NCBI GenBank assembly: GCA_963716725.1
Contig: CAVQUB010000001.1
Span: 225,901 to 289,900 of the forward strand
DNA: 64,000 nt
Reading direction: 5' to 3'
Source of the DNA: an uncultured delta proteobacterium
GTDB lineage: Bacteria > Myxococcota_A > Polyangia > Polyangiales > Polyangiaceae
The notes beneath the pieces were generated by a model. The model did no database searches. It worked only from the letters and a program-made list of their open reading frames with translations, and was not told where the DNA came from. Numbering within the stretch: position 1 is the stretch's first letter; the number at the start of each line of letters is the position of its first letter. Position numbers and translations under genes: made by a program. This document shows, one piece after another, positions 1-10,345 of the stretch.

Positions 1-13
1 ACCCTGGAGTAGC

Positions 14-988
14 TCAGGCTCTGCGCAACCTCGCCACCATCGCTTCGAGGGCCAGCGCCGGCTGCACGTTGCGCTCGATCTCCGCGAGCGTGCGCAGCAC
101 GACGGCGTGACGATGGGCCGCGCGTTCGGCGCGCGGAGGGTCGGAGGTGATGGCCCCGCGGGCGTCGTCCGCCAGAGCTTGGGCGAAGAAGCCGAGTTGC
201 TCGCGGATCCCGTCGCGACCCTCGGCCCGAAACTGTCCGAGCGCGATGGCCTCTGCCAGATCGGGCGCTTCGAGGGCGGCGCGCGCGGCGCTGACGAACT
301 CGTCGCGCTCGCGCATCGCCTCGGGATCTGCCAGCTCGAAGGCGAGCTCCGCGCTGCCGTGCGCCAGCGGAGCGACGTCCGTCGCCAACCCGCGGGCCTC
401 GAGCAACTGGTTCACGATCGCGTCGGAGAGCGGCGCAAAACGCACGGCCAGCGTTCGCGAACGCACGGTGTCGAGCAGGCGCCGCGGTCGGCTCGTGAGC
501 AGCACGAAGTGGGTGCGGTCGGCGGGCTCTTCCAGGGTCTTGAGCAGGGCGTTTGCGGCTTGCTGCGTCAACTCGTCGGCGTTTCGCACGATGAAGACCA
601 GACCGCGACCCTCGTGGGCCCGATAGCCGGCGCGACTCAGCACCAGCTTCCGGATCTGCTCCACGCTGATGCCGGTGGCCTCGCTCACCCCGCTGCCGAG
701 CAGCGAACCGTACAGCCCGCGGCCCAAGAGCACGACGTCAGGGTGGGACGGAACGCGGGGATCTTCCGCTGCCAAGGTGACGGCCCGCTGACAAGCCGAG
801 CACTTTTCGCAGCCGACCGGCGTCGGCGCCTCGCACACCAAGGCCTGCGCCAGAGCGAAGGCCGCGAGCTCTTTGCCGACGCCCGGCGGTCCCTCGAAGC
901 GATACGCGTGGTGGAGCTTTCCGGCCGCGAGGGCCCGCGTCAGGGTCTCGACCGCGGTCGGCTGTCCGAGGATGGAAGAGAAACCCAT
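14..988 (-). CDS. holB: DNA polymerase III subunit delta'
   Basis: 324-aa ORF with HAYRFEGPPGVGK, a zinc cluster (CE..GCEKCSAC), AANALLKTLEEP and TVRSRT clamp-loader motifs. Confidence 0.9.
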   Translation of the reverse strand: MGFSSILGQPTAVETLTRALAAGKLHHAYRFEGPPGVGKELAAFALAQALVCEAPTPVGCEKCSACQRAVTLAAEDPRVPSHPDVVLLGRGLYGSLLGSGVSEATGISVEQIRKLVLSRAGYRAHEGRGLVFIVRNADELTQQAANALLKTLEEPADRTHFVLLTSRPRRLLDTVRSRTLAVRFAPLSDAIVNQLLEARGLATDVAPLAHGSAELAFELADPEAMRERDEFVSAARAALEAPDLAEAIALGQFRAEGRDGIREQLGFFAQALADDARGAITSDPPRAERAAHRHAVVLRTLAEIERNVQPALALEAMVARLRRA

Positions 989-1037
989 GCCAGGTGCGGC
1001 AGCTAAGCAGGCTCGGGGCGCGGCGACAACGCAGCGC

Positions 1038-2120
1038 TCACTCGCCGTTTCCCCACGAGAGAGCGCCGCTTTCGACGATCCCGGGCCAGCTGTCGACGTA
1101 GCGCGACGGCGTTCCGGGTTCCGAAACGTCGATCCAGACGGCGTGGCCCGTGCCCGGAGGTCGGACGTCCACGTGGACGAATTTGTTGTTGGGGTAGAAG
1201 CCGCATCCGACGTCCTTCAACGTGCGGCAGACCCGCACCAGCGCGTCGTTCGAGACCCCCATCACGAACAGGTCGAGGGCGCGTCCCTTGCGGTGAAAAC
1301 TCTCGTGGCCGTCGCGCCGGTAGCCGCTGATCAGGTAGATGGCGCGGCCGGGGAAGGCCTCCGAGATGCGCGCGACGACCCAGAGCAGCCGCGGGTCCAG
1401 CAGGCGCACGTTGGGCACCCACTCTCCAATCAGCTCGCTCTCGGGGAGGGGCTCGAGGGGCAGCGGCAACTCCGGGCGGTCGGCTCCCGCCGGGCGGGCG
1501 ACCACGCTGAGACGGTCGAGGGCATCGATTGCGACGGAGCCATCACACTCGAGCACGCGGAACGAGTCGCGCTCGCCTCCGTAGCGCGCGAGCGTGACGG
1601 TGTACGGTCGCTCCCAAGCCTTGCAGCGCGGCGTGCGCGTCGCGCTCACGAAGGAAGCGTCCACCCGCGGCGGCGCTCCGAGCAGCCACGAGGGCAACAG
1701 CTCCGCGGTGCCGAGTTCGGGTCGGACCATCTCCCGGGGCGGCGTCATCACCAGCTCGAGCTCGGTGGGCGCGCTGCGGCTGGGCTGCCACGCGCTCAGC
1801 GTCCACTCGAGACGTGGCGGCGTGGTCCAGCTCGCGGGTCCGAAGCGACCTCCATAGAAGCTACGCCACTCACCCTGGCGCTCGACCCACGGCTCGTCGA
1901 AACGGCGGAGCAAGGCCAGGTCGCCCTGGGACGACAGCCGAACGTCGCCGAGGTTGCCCCACGGTCCATCGCCCAGCGCCGCCAGCGGCGTCGACTTGGC
2001 TGGCCGCTGGGGGATCGGAAATGCCCCTGCGGTCGCTGCGCACGTCAGCGCGACGACCGAGCTCCGGAGCAGCGACAGCTTCACTCCCACGAACATGCCT
2101 CGGTCCGGGGCGGTTTTCAA
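1038..2120 (-). CDS. YcbK/DUF882 (peptidase M15-like) secreted protein; start uncertain
   Basis: C-terminal ISGYR, SFHRKGRALD and GFYPNNKFVHVDVR motifs of the M15/YcbK family; signal-like N-terminus. Confidence 0.75.
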   Translation of the reverse strand: MKTAPDRGMFVGVKLSLLRSSVVALTCAATAGAFPIPQRPAKSTPLAALGDGPWGNLGDVRLSSQGDLALLRRFDEPWVERQGEWRSFYGGRFGPASWTTPPRLEWTLSAWQPSRSAPTELELVMTPPREMVRPELGTAELLPSWLLGAPPRVDASFVSATRTPRCKAWERPYTVTLARYGGERDSFRVLECDGSVAIDALDRLSVVARPAGADRPELPLPLEPLPESELIGEWVPNVRLLDPRLLWVVARISEAFPGRAIYLISGYRRDGHESFHRKGRALDLFVMGVSNDALVRVCRTLKDVGCGFYPNNKFVHVDVRPPGTGHAVWIDVSEPGTPSRYVDSWPGIVESGALSWGNGE

Positions 2121-2133
2121 ATTAGGTGACGCC

Positions 2134-2817
2134 TCAGCTCTTCAGGGCCTGGGTCTCCATCGCCTTCATGCCCAGCCGTAGGAGATAGAGGAAGGTCTGG
2201 AAGGCCTCCTCGGTCTTGGCGTTGTCTTCGCCCTCGAGCTCCTGGGCCACGACCAGCCCGTTGAGAACTCCCAGGATCAGCACCGAGAGCGCTTCCATGG
2301 GTGGGAAGTCCTTGGCCTTGATCCCCAGCACGTCGGCGACTCCGTCGCTGATCAGGTCGCGGGCGTCGCGTTGGAGCGTCGCGGCGCGCTTCTTGAGCTC
2401 CGGATCCCGGCGCGCGGCAGCCCAGACCTCGATGTTGAGGCCGACGATGGTCCGGTTCTCCTGCATCGAGCCCCACAGCGACGTCAGCGCGCTGATCATT
2501 CGCTGTTTCGAGCCCTCTTCGCCGGCACTGAGCGAGCCCCGCACCTTCTCGAGGTAGCGCTTCTGCGTGAAGCTCTGGACCTCGTGGATCAAGGCGTTCT
2601 TGCTCGCAAAATAGTAGTGGACGATGCTCTTCCGGAGGCCAAGCTCCCGGCCGATCTCGGCCAGGGTCGTCGAGCTGAACCCCTTTCGGGCGAAGCAGGT
2701 GGCAGCGGCGGCCAGGATGGCCGCGACGCGCGGGTTCTCCCAATCGACGGGGCGGGTCGCGGCGCCATTGCCGCCGTTGGTGGACTCGGAATGCGTCAGG
2801 GTTTCTGCGGAAGTCAT
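2134..2817 (-). CDS. TetR/AcrR family transcriptional regulator
   Basis: HTH motif ILAAAATCFARKGFSSTTLAEIGRELGLRKSIVHYYFASK. ATG at 2817 chosen over the upstream start. Confidence 0.9.
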   Translation of the reverse strand: MTSAETLTHSESTNGGNGAATRPVDWENPRVAAILAAAATCFARKGFSSTTLAEIGRELGLRKSIVHYYFASKNALIHEVQSFTQKRYLEKVRGSLSAGEEGSKQRMISALTSLWGSMQENRTIVGLNIEVWAAARRDPELKKRAATLQRDARDLISDGVADVLGIKAKDFPPMEALSVLILGVLNGLVVAQELEGEDNAKTEEAFQTFLYLLRLGMKAMETQALKS

Positions 2818-2938
2818 ATTCGTCGTGAGGTCCGTTTCTAAACGGAACCTCGCCCTCCGGTCCGGCTTATTGGCCAAAGGCGCCACCCGAGTCAAGGCCC
2901 GCCGGCCGAATCGGCGGAGCCTCTGAAATGTCCGGCGT

Positions 2939-3523
2939 TTAGCCCCGGGCCCCGTAGCGCCGGCGCAGCGCGGCGCGGAACTCCCAAGCCGGGGCGATCA
3001 GCAGATCGGGCGGGTAGCCCAGGTGGGCCACCGCCAGGGCCTTGGCTCCGGCGACGTGCTCGAAGGCGGCGTCCACGCTGCTGCCGAGCTCGCACAGGTG
3101 GGCGGCGATGACGCTCACGCTGCGGCTCATGCCCGCGGCGCAGTGTACCAAGACGTTCCCGTGCAGCATCCGGCGCTGGATGAAGGGCAGGGTGACGCCG
3201 AGGGCGCCTTCGAACTCCGTCTCGCCGTGGCCGCCGTCCATGATGGGCAAATGCAGCCACTCGGTCTCGGCGCGCTTCGGGCCGGAGAACTCGACGCTCG
3301 GGTACAAGGGCATGGGGCAGAGGGAGACGACGCCCGAGAAGGGCGCGCAGCTGCCCTCGGGATCGGTCGGGTGCTCGGCGCCGTTCAAGGCGGTCAGGCC
3401 AGACTCGTGATCACCCAGGAACAATCGATGCTCGATGCGCCACACGACCGGCAAGGGTGCCACGGAAACGCCTGGCGCGACAGCTCGGCCCGGAGCCGGC
3501 GTGATCGCCCGCGCCGAGCTCAC
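2939..3523 (-). CDS. Dual-specificity protein phosphatase
   Basis: Catalytic VLVHCAAGMSRS (CX5R) motif, preceded by LHLPIMD. Confidence 0.88.
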   Translation of the reverse strand: MSSARAITPAPGRAVAPGVSVAPLPVVWRIEHRLFLGDHESGLTALNGAEHPTDPEGSCAPFSGVVSLCPMPLYPSVEFSGPKRAETEWLHLPIMDGGHGETEFEGALGVTLPFIQRRMLHGNVLVHCAAGMSRSVSVIAAHLCELGSSVDAAFEHVAGAKALAVAHLGYPPDLLIAPAWEFRAALRRRYGARG

Positions 3524-3939
3524 TTCTTGGGCGCAGCCGGCGGCGGCGGAGCGGCGGGCTTGGCCACCGGAGGCTTGGCCAACGGAGGCTTGGCCAACGG
3601 TGGTTTCGCTGGAGGAACGGGCGCGGCGCCGGGCTTTGCAGGAGCTGCGGCGCCGGGCTTCGCAGGAGTCGCGCCGGGCTTCGTGGGAGCGGGTGCGGGC
3701 GCAGGGTCGACCTTGGGTTCTTCGGCTGAAGGCTTGTCCTCGGCGTCGCCGCCCTCGTCACCTTTCGCGTCAGTCGCAGCCGCCGGCGTGCTCTTGGTGT
3801 CCTCTTCCTCTTGGTGAAATCCCTCCTCGGGCACCGGCTTGAACACCGGCGCGACGGGGGGAACGCTCGCGACTTCTGGACCGCCGCACGCAGCGACGAC
3901 GAGGAGGACCGGCAACGACGACCAACTGAGATGGCGCAT
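3520..3939 (-). CDS. Pro/Ala/Lys-rich lipoprotein
   Basis: Lipobox VAAC and a low-complexity PAKP tail. Stop overlaps the start of the phosphatase gene. Confidence 0.65.
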   Translation of the reverse strand: MRHLSWSSLPVLLVVAACGGPEVASVPPVAPVFKPVPEEGFHQEEEDTKSTPAAATDAKGDEGGDAEDKPSAEEPKVDPAPAPAPTKPGATPAKPGAAAPAKPGAAPVPPAKPPLAKPPLAKPPVAKPAAPPPPAAPKK

Positions 3940-3984
3940 GCCGGGGAGCCTAGAGCATTTCGTTTGCGGGATCACGGGGTCGCG

Positions 3985-5622
3985 TCACCCCTTGGGACGC
4001 TTCTTCTTGTCGGGCTTGTCGGGCTTGTCGGGCTTCTTGCCGGGCCGGTCGTCGGCCTCCTCGGCCTTCCGCGACGCTTCGTCGAACCAGGGCATTCCCG
4101 CCTTCTGGGTCCAGCGGGCCTCACCGAACTGTCCGGGCTCGCGGCTCTCGGACATGTCGCGCCCCGTCGACTCGCCGTCGTTCGCGCCGACGTCCACGCC
4201 CTGGGTCATCACCAGGAGCTCGTCGGCCAGGTACTCCGGGTGCCCGTCGTGGGTGAGCTTCACGCTGTCCGCCGCCATGGCACCCCGCCCCACCTTCACG
4301 ATCTGCGTCGTGGGCGGGTACACGTCGTTCCATCGCTCGCGCACGGCGTGCTCGCCGTCGCGTACGATGCGGTATCGGTGCAGCTTGAAGCCAGCGACGC
4401 CGCGCTGCGACAGCACGCGCACGCCGTCTGGGAGGTTCGGATCGTCGCGCTCGACCTCGTCGTAGGGGATGGCGCTGTCCACGCGCCGGATCAGCGTCAC
4501 CGTTCGCACGCGGGCGGGCCCGAGCACCTCCGCGCGCACCACTCCGTTTTTCACCGTCTGGTGGAGCACGACCGGGAAATCGAAGCCGTTCCTCACGCGG
4601 AAGTTGATGGTCGGGTACACCACCGTCGCGTCGAGTCCCATCTTGATGTACGAGCTCGGTCGCGTGTGGGGATAACGCTCGACGATCTCGAGGCCGGCGA
4701 AGAAAGCAGCGCCGTGCAGCGTGCCCGAGATCTGGCAGGTGCCGCCGCCGATGCCGTCGACCAACTCGCCCTCGGCGATCACGGGCGCGACCTTGTAGCC
4801 GTTGGCTTCGTCGCGCGCCCCCACGACCTCGTTGAAGTCGAAGGTCTCGCCGGGCAAGAGCACCGTGCCGTCGAGCTTGCTGGCCGCGAGGCGCAGGTTG
4901 AAGGTGCGGGCCTGGTAGCGGTCCCCGCGGTTGTACTTGGTGTCGAACCAGCCGATCACGGCGTCGAATTTCACGCCGCCAAGCTCCGCCGCCAAGCGCC
5001 TGGGTGGGCGTGCTTCGAACACCGCCTCCGCCGTGGTCTGCCCCGAACTCGCGGCCGCGCGCAGCGCTGCCAGCGTCGCGTCGACGTCCAGGAGGCGACC
5101 GCTGACCTCGGGCACCAGCGAGCGCTTCTCGAGATCGAGGCGCGCGTCCACGGGCAGCCGGTCGAGCTCGTCCTTGAGGCGTAGCAAGACAGCGACCGTT
5201 GCGTCGGTGTCGAGCGCCAAGGGCACGGGCAGCACCACGTCGCCCTTCGAGCCGCGTCGCGCCATGCGCAGGGGGCTGGTGGCGTCGCGGCAGTCCCGGA
5301 CCAGCTGCGAGAGCCGAACCTTGTCGATCTCGGCGCCCAGACGGCCGAGCTGGAGCTCGCGCTTCTGCCCGCCCCCCACGTCGAGCACGAGCTTCTGGGC
5401 GGCGAAGCGGCGTACCCGATCCAGGGCGCGTTTGGGCGCGTCGTCGTCCAAGCTCAGCGCTTCGCCGAGCAGCAGCACCTTGGGCGGCGGCTCTTTCGGA
5501 TCTCCCGGGGTCGGGGCCCGGGGCACCAGCAGAAGCCCGATGCCGAGGCCCGCCACGACCGCCACCGCGAGCATCAGCGCGCCGCGCGACCGATTGAGCG
5601 AGACCGGGTGCACCAACCGCAT
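3985..5622 (-). CDS. VanW family protein with N-terminal anchor and G5-like domain
   Basis: NLRLAASKLDGTVLLPGETFDFNEVVG, GIGGGTCQISGTL and ERYPH...GLDATV motifs. Confidence 0.88.
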   Translation of the reverse strand: MRLVHPVSLNRSRGALMLAVAVVAGLGIGLLLVPRAPTPGDPKEPPPKVLLLGEALSLDDDAPKRALDRVRRFAAQKLVLDVGGGQKRELQLGRLGAEIDKVRLSQLVRDCRDATSPLRMARRGSKGDVVLPVPLALDTDATVAVLLRLKDELDRLPVDARLDLEKRSLVPEVSGRLLDVDATLAALRAAASSGQTTAEAVFEARPPRRLAAELGGVKFDAVIGWFDTKYNRGDRYQARTFNLRLAASKLDGTVLLPGETFDFNEVVGARDEANGYKVAPVIAEGELVDGIGGGTCQISGTLHGAAFFAGLEIVERYPHTRPSSYIKMGLDATVVYPTINFRVRNGFDFPVVLHQTVKNGVVRAEVLGPARVRTVTLIRRVDSAIPYDEVERDDPNLPDGVRVLSQRGVAGFKLHRYRIVRDGEHAVRERWNDVYPPTTQIVKVGRGAMAADSVKLTHDGHPEYLADELLVMTQGVDVGANDGESTGRDMSESREPGQFGEARWTQKAGMPWFDEASRKAEEADDRPGKKPDKPDKPDKKKRPKG

Positions 5623-5663
5623 GCCGCGGCGCTAATATCACGAGCGAGCCAGTCCGGCACGCC

Positions 5664-7568
5664 GTGAACCCGTCCCCAGACCTCGAAGCGAAGCTGAAGG
5701 CGCTGCCCGCGCGCCCAGGCTGCTACGTATTTCGCGACGCCGCTGGCGCCGCGCTCTACATCGGCAAGGCCAAGAGCCTGCGCTCGCGCGTGCGCAGCTA
5801 CTTTCAAGAAGGGCAGGTCGACGCGCGAGGCTTCATTCCTCTCTTGCAGAAGCACCTGGCGGACTTCGACACGCTGGTGACGAGCACCGAGAAGGAAGCG
5901 GCCATCCTCGAGAACAACCTGATCAAGGAGAGCCGCCCTCGATACAACGTCAAGCTCCGCGACGACAAAGAGTTCCTGACGCTTCGGCTATCGCTCGATC
6001 ACGCCTGGCCGCGCCTCGAGCTGGTGCGGAGGCCAGCGGCGGACAAGGCGCGCTACTTCGGGCCCTATCACTCGGCTACCGCCGCGCGGCGCACGCTGAA
6101 CCTGATCGAAAAGCACTTTCAGCTTCGCACCTGCACCGACCGTGAGCTCGTGCGCCGATCGCGCCCTTGCTTGCAATATCAAATCAAACGCTGCCTCGCG
6201 CCCTGCGTCTACGAGGTCGACGGGGCGCGCTACGGAGAGCAAGTGCGAGCGGTCAGCCTGTTCCTCGACGCACGGCACGACGAGCTGACTCGAGAGCTCG
6301 AGGCGCGCATGGCCGAAGCCGCCGAGGGCATGGAGTACGAGCTGGCGGCGCTCTATCGCGATCAGATCCGCGCCGTCGGGCTGGTGCGAGAAGCGCAGCG
6401 CGTGGTGGCCGTGAGCGATCGCGATCAAGACGTGCTGGGCGTGTATCGGGAAGGAGATCTGGTCGAGCTGTCGCTGCTCAGTGTCCGCCGCGGGCGCGTG
6501 ATCGACGCCTCCAGCTTCAGCCACAAGAAGGTCGGGCTCCCCGACGATGAGCTGGTGGGCTCGTTCTTGCGCGAGCACTACGGCGCCGAGGGGCTGTCCG
6601 CGGGGCTGATCCCCGACGAAGTGCTGGTGCCGCTGTTGCCGGAAGGCGCGGCCGGAGTCGCCGAGTGGCTGACCGACCGACGTCAAGCCATTGCCAGCGA
6701 AGACGGCTCGCGGGCGCGCAAGGTCGAGATCGTGGCCCCCGAGCGCGGCCCCAGGCGCCAGCTCCTCGAGCTGGCGGTCGACAACGCTCGGCACACGTTC
6801 GAGGAGAAGCGGCGTTCGGCGGAGGACATGGATGCGAGGCTCGAGCAGCTCCAGGAGCGGTTGCGCCTACCCGTCGTGCCGCGCCGCATCGAGTGCGTCG
6901 ATATTTCGCATCTCGGTGGGCAAGACACGGTGGGCGCCATCGTCGCGCTCAGGGACGGCGTGCCCGACAAGAAGCGTTACCGCACTTATCACGTGAAGGG
7001 CGTCAGTGACGGGGACGACTACGGAGCGATGTACGAGGTACTGGCGCGCCGCTTCCGGCGGGGTCGCGCGGCCGAAGACGCCGACGAGAAGACCGAGTGG
7101 GGCTTGCCCGACCTGATGGTGGTGGATGGTGGGCGCGGTCAACTGGCGGTCGCGCTGGCGGCGGCCGGTGATCTTGGGCTGCACGAGCTCGCGGTGGTCG
7201 GCCTGGCCAAGGAGCGCGAGAACCCCCTCGGCGACAAGATCGTCGATCGCGTTTACCTGCCCGGTCAGAAGAACCCCATCGCGCTCCGGCCCCAGAGCCC
7301 CGAGCTGTTCTTGCTCGCGCGTGCCCGCGACGAGGCGCACCGTTTTTCGAATCGCGGGCGCAAGAAGCAGGGCAAGAAGCGCAGCTTCGAGAGCGAGCTC
7401 GACGCGGTCCGTGGCGTCGGGCCGAAGACCCGGCGCGCGCTGCTCGAAGCGCTCGGCACGGTGCAGGGCGTGCGCGCGGCCAGCGACGAGGCGCTCTTGG
7501 CCGTGCCTGGGATCAACCGGCGGACGCTGGCGGCGCTGAGGGCCCACCTGGATCGCGGGAACTGCTGA
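5664..7568 (+). CDS. uvrC: Excinuclease ABC subunit C
   Basis: GIY-YIG region (PGCY..YIGKAKSLRSRVRSYF), RIECVDISH, DGGRGQL, RDEAHRF and a C-terminal HhH. Confidence 0.97.
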   Translation: MNPSPDLEAKLKALPARPGCYVFRDAAGAALYIGKAKSLRSRVRSYFQEGQVDARGFIPLLQKHLADFDTLVTSTEKEAAILENNLIKESRPRYNVKLRDDKEFLTLRLSLDHAWPRLELVRRPAADKARYFGPYHSATAARRTLNLIEKHFQLRTCTDRELVRRSRPCLQYQIKRCLAPCVYEVDGARYGEQVRAVSLFLDARHDELTRELEARMAEAAEGMEYELAALYRDQIRAVGLVREAQRVVAVSDRDQDVLGVYREGDLVELSLLSVRRGRVIDASSFSHKKVGLPDDELVGSFLREHYGAEGLSAGLIPDEVLVPLLPEGAAGVAEWLTDRRQAIASEDGSRARKVEIVAPERGPRRQLLELAVDNARHTFEEKRRSAEDMDARLEQLQERLRLPVVPRRIECVDISHLGGQDTVGAIVALRDGVPDKKRYRTYHVKGVSDGDDYGAMYEVLARRFRRGRAAEDADEKTEWGLPDLMVVDGGRGQLAVALAAAGDLGLHELAVVGLAKERENPLGDKIVDRVYLPGQKNPIALRPQSPELFLLARARDEAHRFSNRGRKKQGKKRSFESELDAVRGVGPKTRRALLEALGTVQGVRAASDEALLAVPGINRRTLAALRAHLDRGNC

Positions 7569-7699
7569 TCGGTTGGCGCCCTGCCAACCGGGTTGACGCT
7601 CGCGGTCCCAGGACTTCGGGAATTTGGCCGCGTATTGCGCGGTACGGGCCTTGCTCTAATGATGCTCGGCGATGGTCTGGGCTCGACCCGAAACCGCGA

Positions 7700-7729
7700 T
7701 TGACAGCAATCCTCCCGCGCACTTACGCT
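7700..7729 (+). promoter_or_regulatory. Candidate sigma70-type promoter for the 7833 gene
   Basis: TTGACA-18 bp-TACGCT in the intergenic region. Confidence 0.4.
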
Positions 7730-7832
7730 GCGAGCGCTGGCCATTTTCGGCTGGCTGGCGGTCAGTCCCTTCCCTGGGACTACCCACCGGGCTGTTTGGA
7801 TCTCGCCGGTCCGGTCCTGAAGGAGCAATTCG

Positions 7833-10250
7833 ATGAGTCTCGATATCAAAAAGGATGACTCGCTGGTCACGCGCTGGGTGCGCATGGGCCTGGCAGGCCT
7901 CGGCCTGGTCTCAGCCGTCGCGGCTTCTGCCGTGGGCTGCCTCGATCGGCCGGTGTCGCCCGCCTCGCCGAACACGACCAACGTGTTCGTGCAGGACATC
8001 CGCCAGACCACCATCGACAAGATCGATCTGCTCTTCATGATCGACAACTCGATCTCGATGGCAGACAAGCAGCTGATCCTCGCGGACGCAGTGCCGCAGC
8101 TGCTCAACCGCTTGATCACTCCGCAGATCGTGGACGGCAAGCCCGAATTCAAGGCCGTCGTCGACATCCACATCGGCATCGTGTCTTCGAGCTTGGGCGG
8201 TCACGGCGGTGACCAGTGCTCCGAGGGCGGGCCGAACTCGAACCCGACCCAGTACGACAACGGGCGGCTGATCGGCAGCGTGCGTCCGACCGCGAGCCTG
8301 CAGAGCTACAACAACTTGGGCTTCCTCTGGTGGGACGCGGCCACCCCGCAGAAGGGCAGCCCTCCGGGTGAGAACAACCCCGGCAGCATGGAGGCCAACT
8401 TCACCGCCCACGTGAAGGCCACCGGCGAGAACGGCTGCGGCTACGAGGCCTCCCTCGAGTCCTGGTACCGCTTCCTGGTCGATCCGGCGCCTCCGGCCAA
8501 GATGGTCGTCGAGAACAACAACGCCGTGTCGACGGGCGTGGACGACGTGGTGCTCCAGCAGCGCCGAGACTTCCTCCGGCCGGACTCCCTGGTCGCGGTC
8601 ATCATGCTCACCGACGAGAACGACTGCTCGATCATCGACGGCGGCTTCAACTGGTACGCCGCCCAGACCAGCAACCCGAACAACACGCCCTTCTTGCTGC
8701 CGCGCGCCACCTCGACCTGCGCCACCGATCCGAACAGCCCCTGCTGCCGCTCGTGTGCGACCCAAGAGGGAGCTCCGCCGTCGGGCTGCCAGGCCCTGGG
8801 CAGCGACTCCGAGTGCACGCAGAACAGCGGCTTCTGGACCGACGTCGACGATCACCCGAACCTGCGCTGCTTCGAGCAAAAGAAGCGCTTCGGCATCGAC
8901 TTCCTCTACCCGACCCGGCGCTACGTCGAGGCCCTCACCCAGCCGCGCATCTGCCCGTACTGGGACGCCAACGGCCCGGTGAACTGCCAGTTCGACGACC
9001 CGAACCAGGGCAACTACCGCGCCTGCAACCCGCTCTACGTCAAAGATCTCAACAACCCGACCGAGTGCGAGACGGGCACGCGCGATCCCGCGCTGGTCTA
9101 CCTGGCGGGCATCGTCGGAGTGCCGTGGCAGGACATCGCGACGGACGAGACGCTCAACGACCCCACCAAGCTCGACTACCTCTCGTCCACCGAGCTCGCC
9201 GAGAAGAACCGCTGGGACTGGCTGGTGCCCAAGTGCGAGAAGCAGGCCACCGACAAGATGCCCCGGCCGATCTCCGTCTGCGACAAGTGGGACCTGAAGG
9301 ATCAGCCCGACGACGCCCTCATGATCGAGTCGAGCGATCCGCGGACCGGCAACAACCCGGCCCTCAACATCGCCCTGGCGGACCCAGCGGCGGGCCCCCT
9401 GGCCAACGCCATCAACGGCCACGAGTGGCTGACTTCGAAGGGCGATCTCCAGTACGCCTGTATCTTCAAGCTGCCGCAGGCCAAGGACTGCGCCACGGCC
9501 AGCGGCGGCTGCGACTGCGACGACGTGGCCTCGGGCTACACCGCCAATAACCCCCTGTGCCAGGGCGGCGGCGGCTACACCAAGCTCCAAGAGTACGCCA
9601 AGGCCTTCCCGGGCACCCGTATGCTGCAGGTGCTCAAGGACTACGGCGACAACAGCATCGTCGCCAGCATCTGCCCCAAGGTCACGGACTCGAAGGCCAA
9701 CCCGAGCTACGGCTACAACCCGGCAGTCTCCGCCATCATCGAGCGCCTGAAAGAGGTGCTCAGCGGCCAGTGCGTCAACCGTCCCATCGCGTTCCCGCCC
9801 GGGCCCGACGGCAAGCCGGATCCCAACGCCATCCCGCAGTGCGCGGTGGTGGAGGTTCAGGCGAACTCGGGCGGCTGCCAGGCCTGCGACCCGACGCTCA
9901 ACCGCTCGGAGGTCGATCCCGATCTGATCAAGCCGGTGATCAACCGCCTGAAGGAGACGGGTCAGTGCACGGGCGCCGGCTGCACCGCGGCCAGCTACTG
10001 CATGTGCGAGATCAACTTCGTGGCGGACGCCGCGAAGGACGACTGCCTGAACAATGACCCGACTCAGGCCTCGACCGTGGGCTGGTGCTACATCGACCCG
10101 GCCCAGGGCATTGGCAACCCGAAGCTGGTCGAGAGCTGCAATCCCGCGCGGCAGCTGCGCTTCGTGGGCGCGAACACGCCGACCTCTGGGTCCACGGTGT
10201 TCATCGCCTGCCTGGGTGCGCCCATCGCGGCGGCTGCCCCGACGCCCTGA
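7833..10250 (+). CDS. Large Cys-rich lipoprotein with a VWA-like MIDAS motif (myxobacterial surface protein)
   Basis: Lipobox AVGC, DLLFMIDNSISM (DxSxS), LTDEND, many Cys and strong GC3 bias. Confidence 0.8.
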   Translation: MSLDIKKDDSLVTRWVRMGLAGLGLVSAVAASAVGCLDRPVSPASPNTTNVFVQDIRQTTIDKIDLLFMIDNSISMADKQLILADAVPQLLNRLITPQIVDGKPEFKAVVDIHIGIVSSSLGGHGGDQCSEGGPNSNPTQYDNGRLIGSVRPTASLQSYNNLGFLWWDAATPQKGSPPGENNPGSMEANFTAHVKATGENGCGYEASLESWYRFLVDPAPPAKMVVENNNAVSTGVDDVVLQQRRDFLRPDSLVAVIMLTDENDCSIIDGGFNWYAAQTSNPNNTPFLLPRATSTCATDPNSPCCRSCATQEGAPPSGCQALGSDSECTQNSGFWTDVDDHPNLRCFEQKKRFGIDFLYPTRRYVEALTQPRICPYWDANGPVNCQFDDPNQGNYRACNPLYVKDLNNPTECETGTRDPALVYLAGIVGVPWQDIATDETLNDPTKLDYLSSTELAEKNRWDWLVPKCEKQATDKMPRPISVCDKWDLKDQPDDALMIESSDPRTGNNPALNIALADPAAGPLANAINGHEWLTSKGDLQYACIFKLPQAKDCATASGGCDCDDVASGYTANNPLCQGGGGYTKLQEYAKAFPGTRMLQVLKDYGDNSIVASICPKVTDSKANPSYGYNPAVSAIIERLKEVLSGQCVNRPIAFPPGPDGKPDPNAIPQCAVVEVQANSGGCQACDPTLNRSEVDPDLIKPVINRLKETGQCTGAGCTAASYCMCEINFVADAAKDDCLNNDPTQASTVGWCYIDPAQGIGNPKLVESCNPARQLRFVGANTPTSGSTVFIACLGAPIAAAAPTP

Positions 10251-10345
10251 ACCACCGAACAGTGCGCCGCGCGGGGAGTCGTTCCTCGCGCGGCACGTCG
10301 GTGGGTTGAGTCTCCGCGCCCGCCGACTACGATGGCCCGAGACGG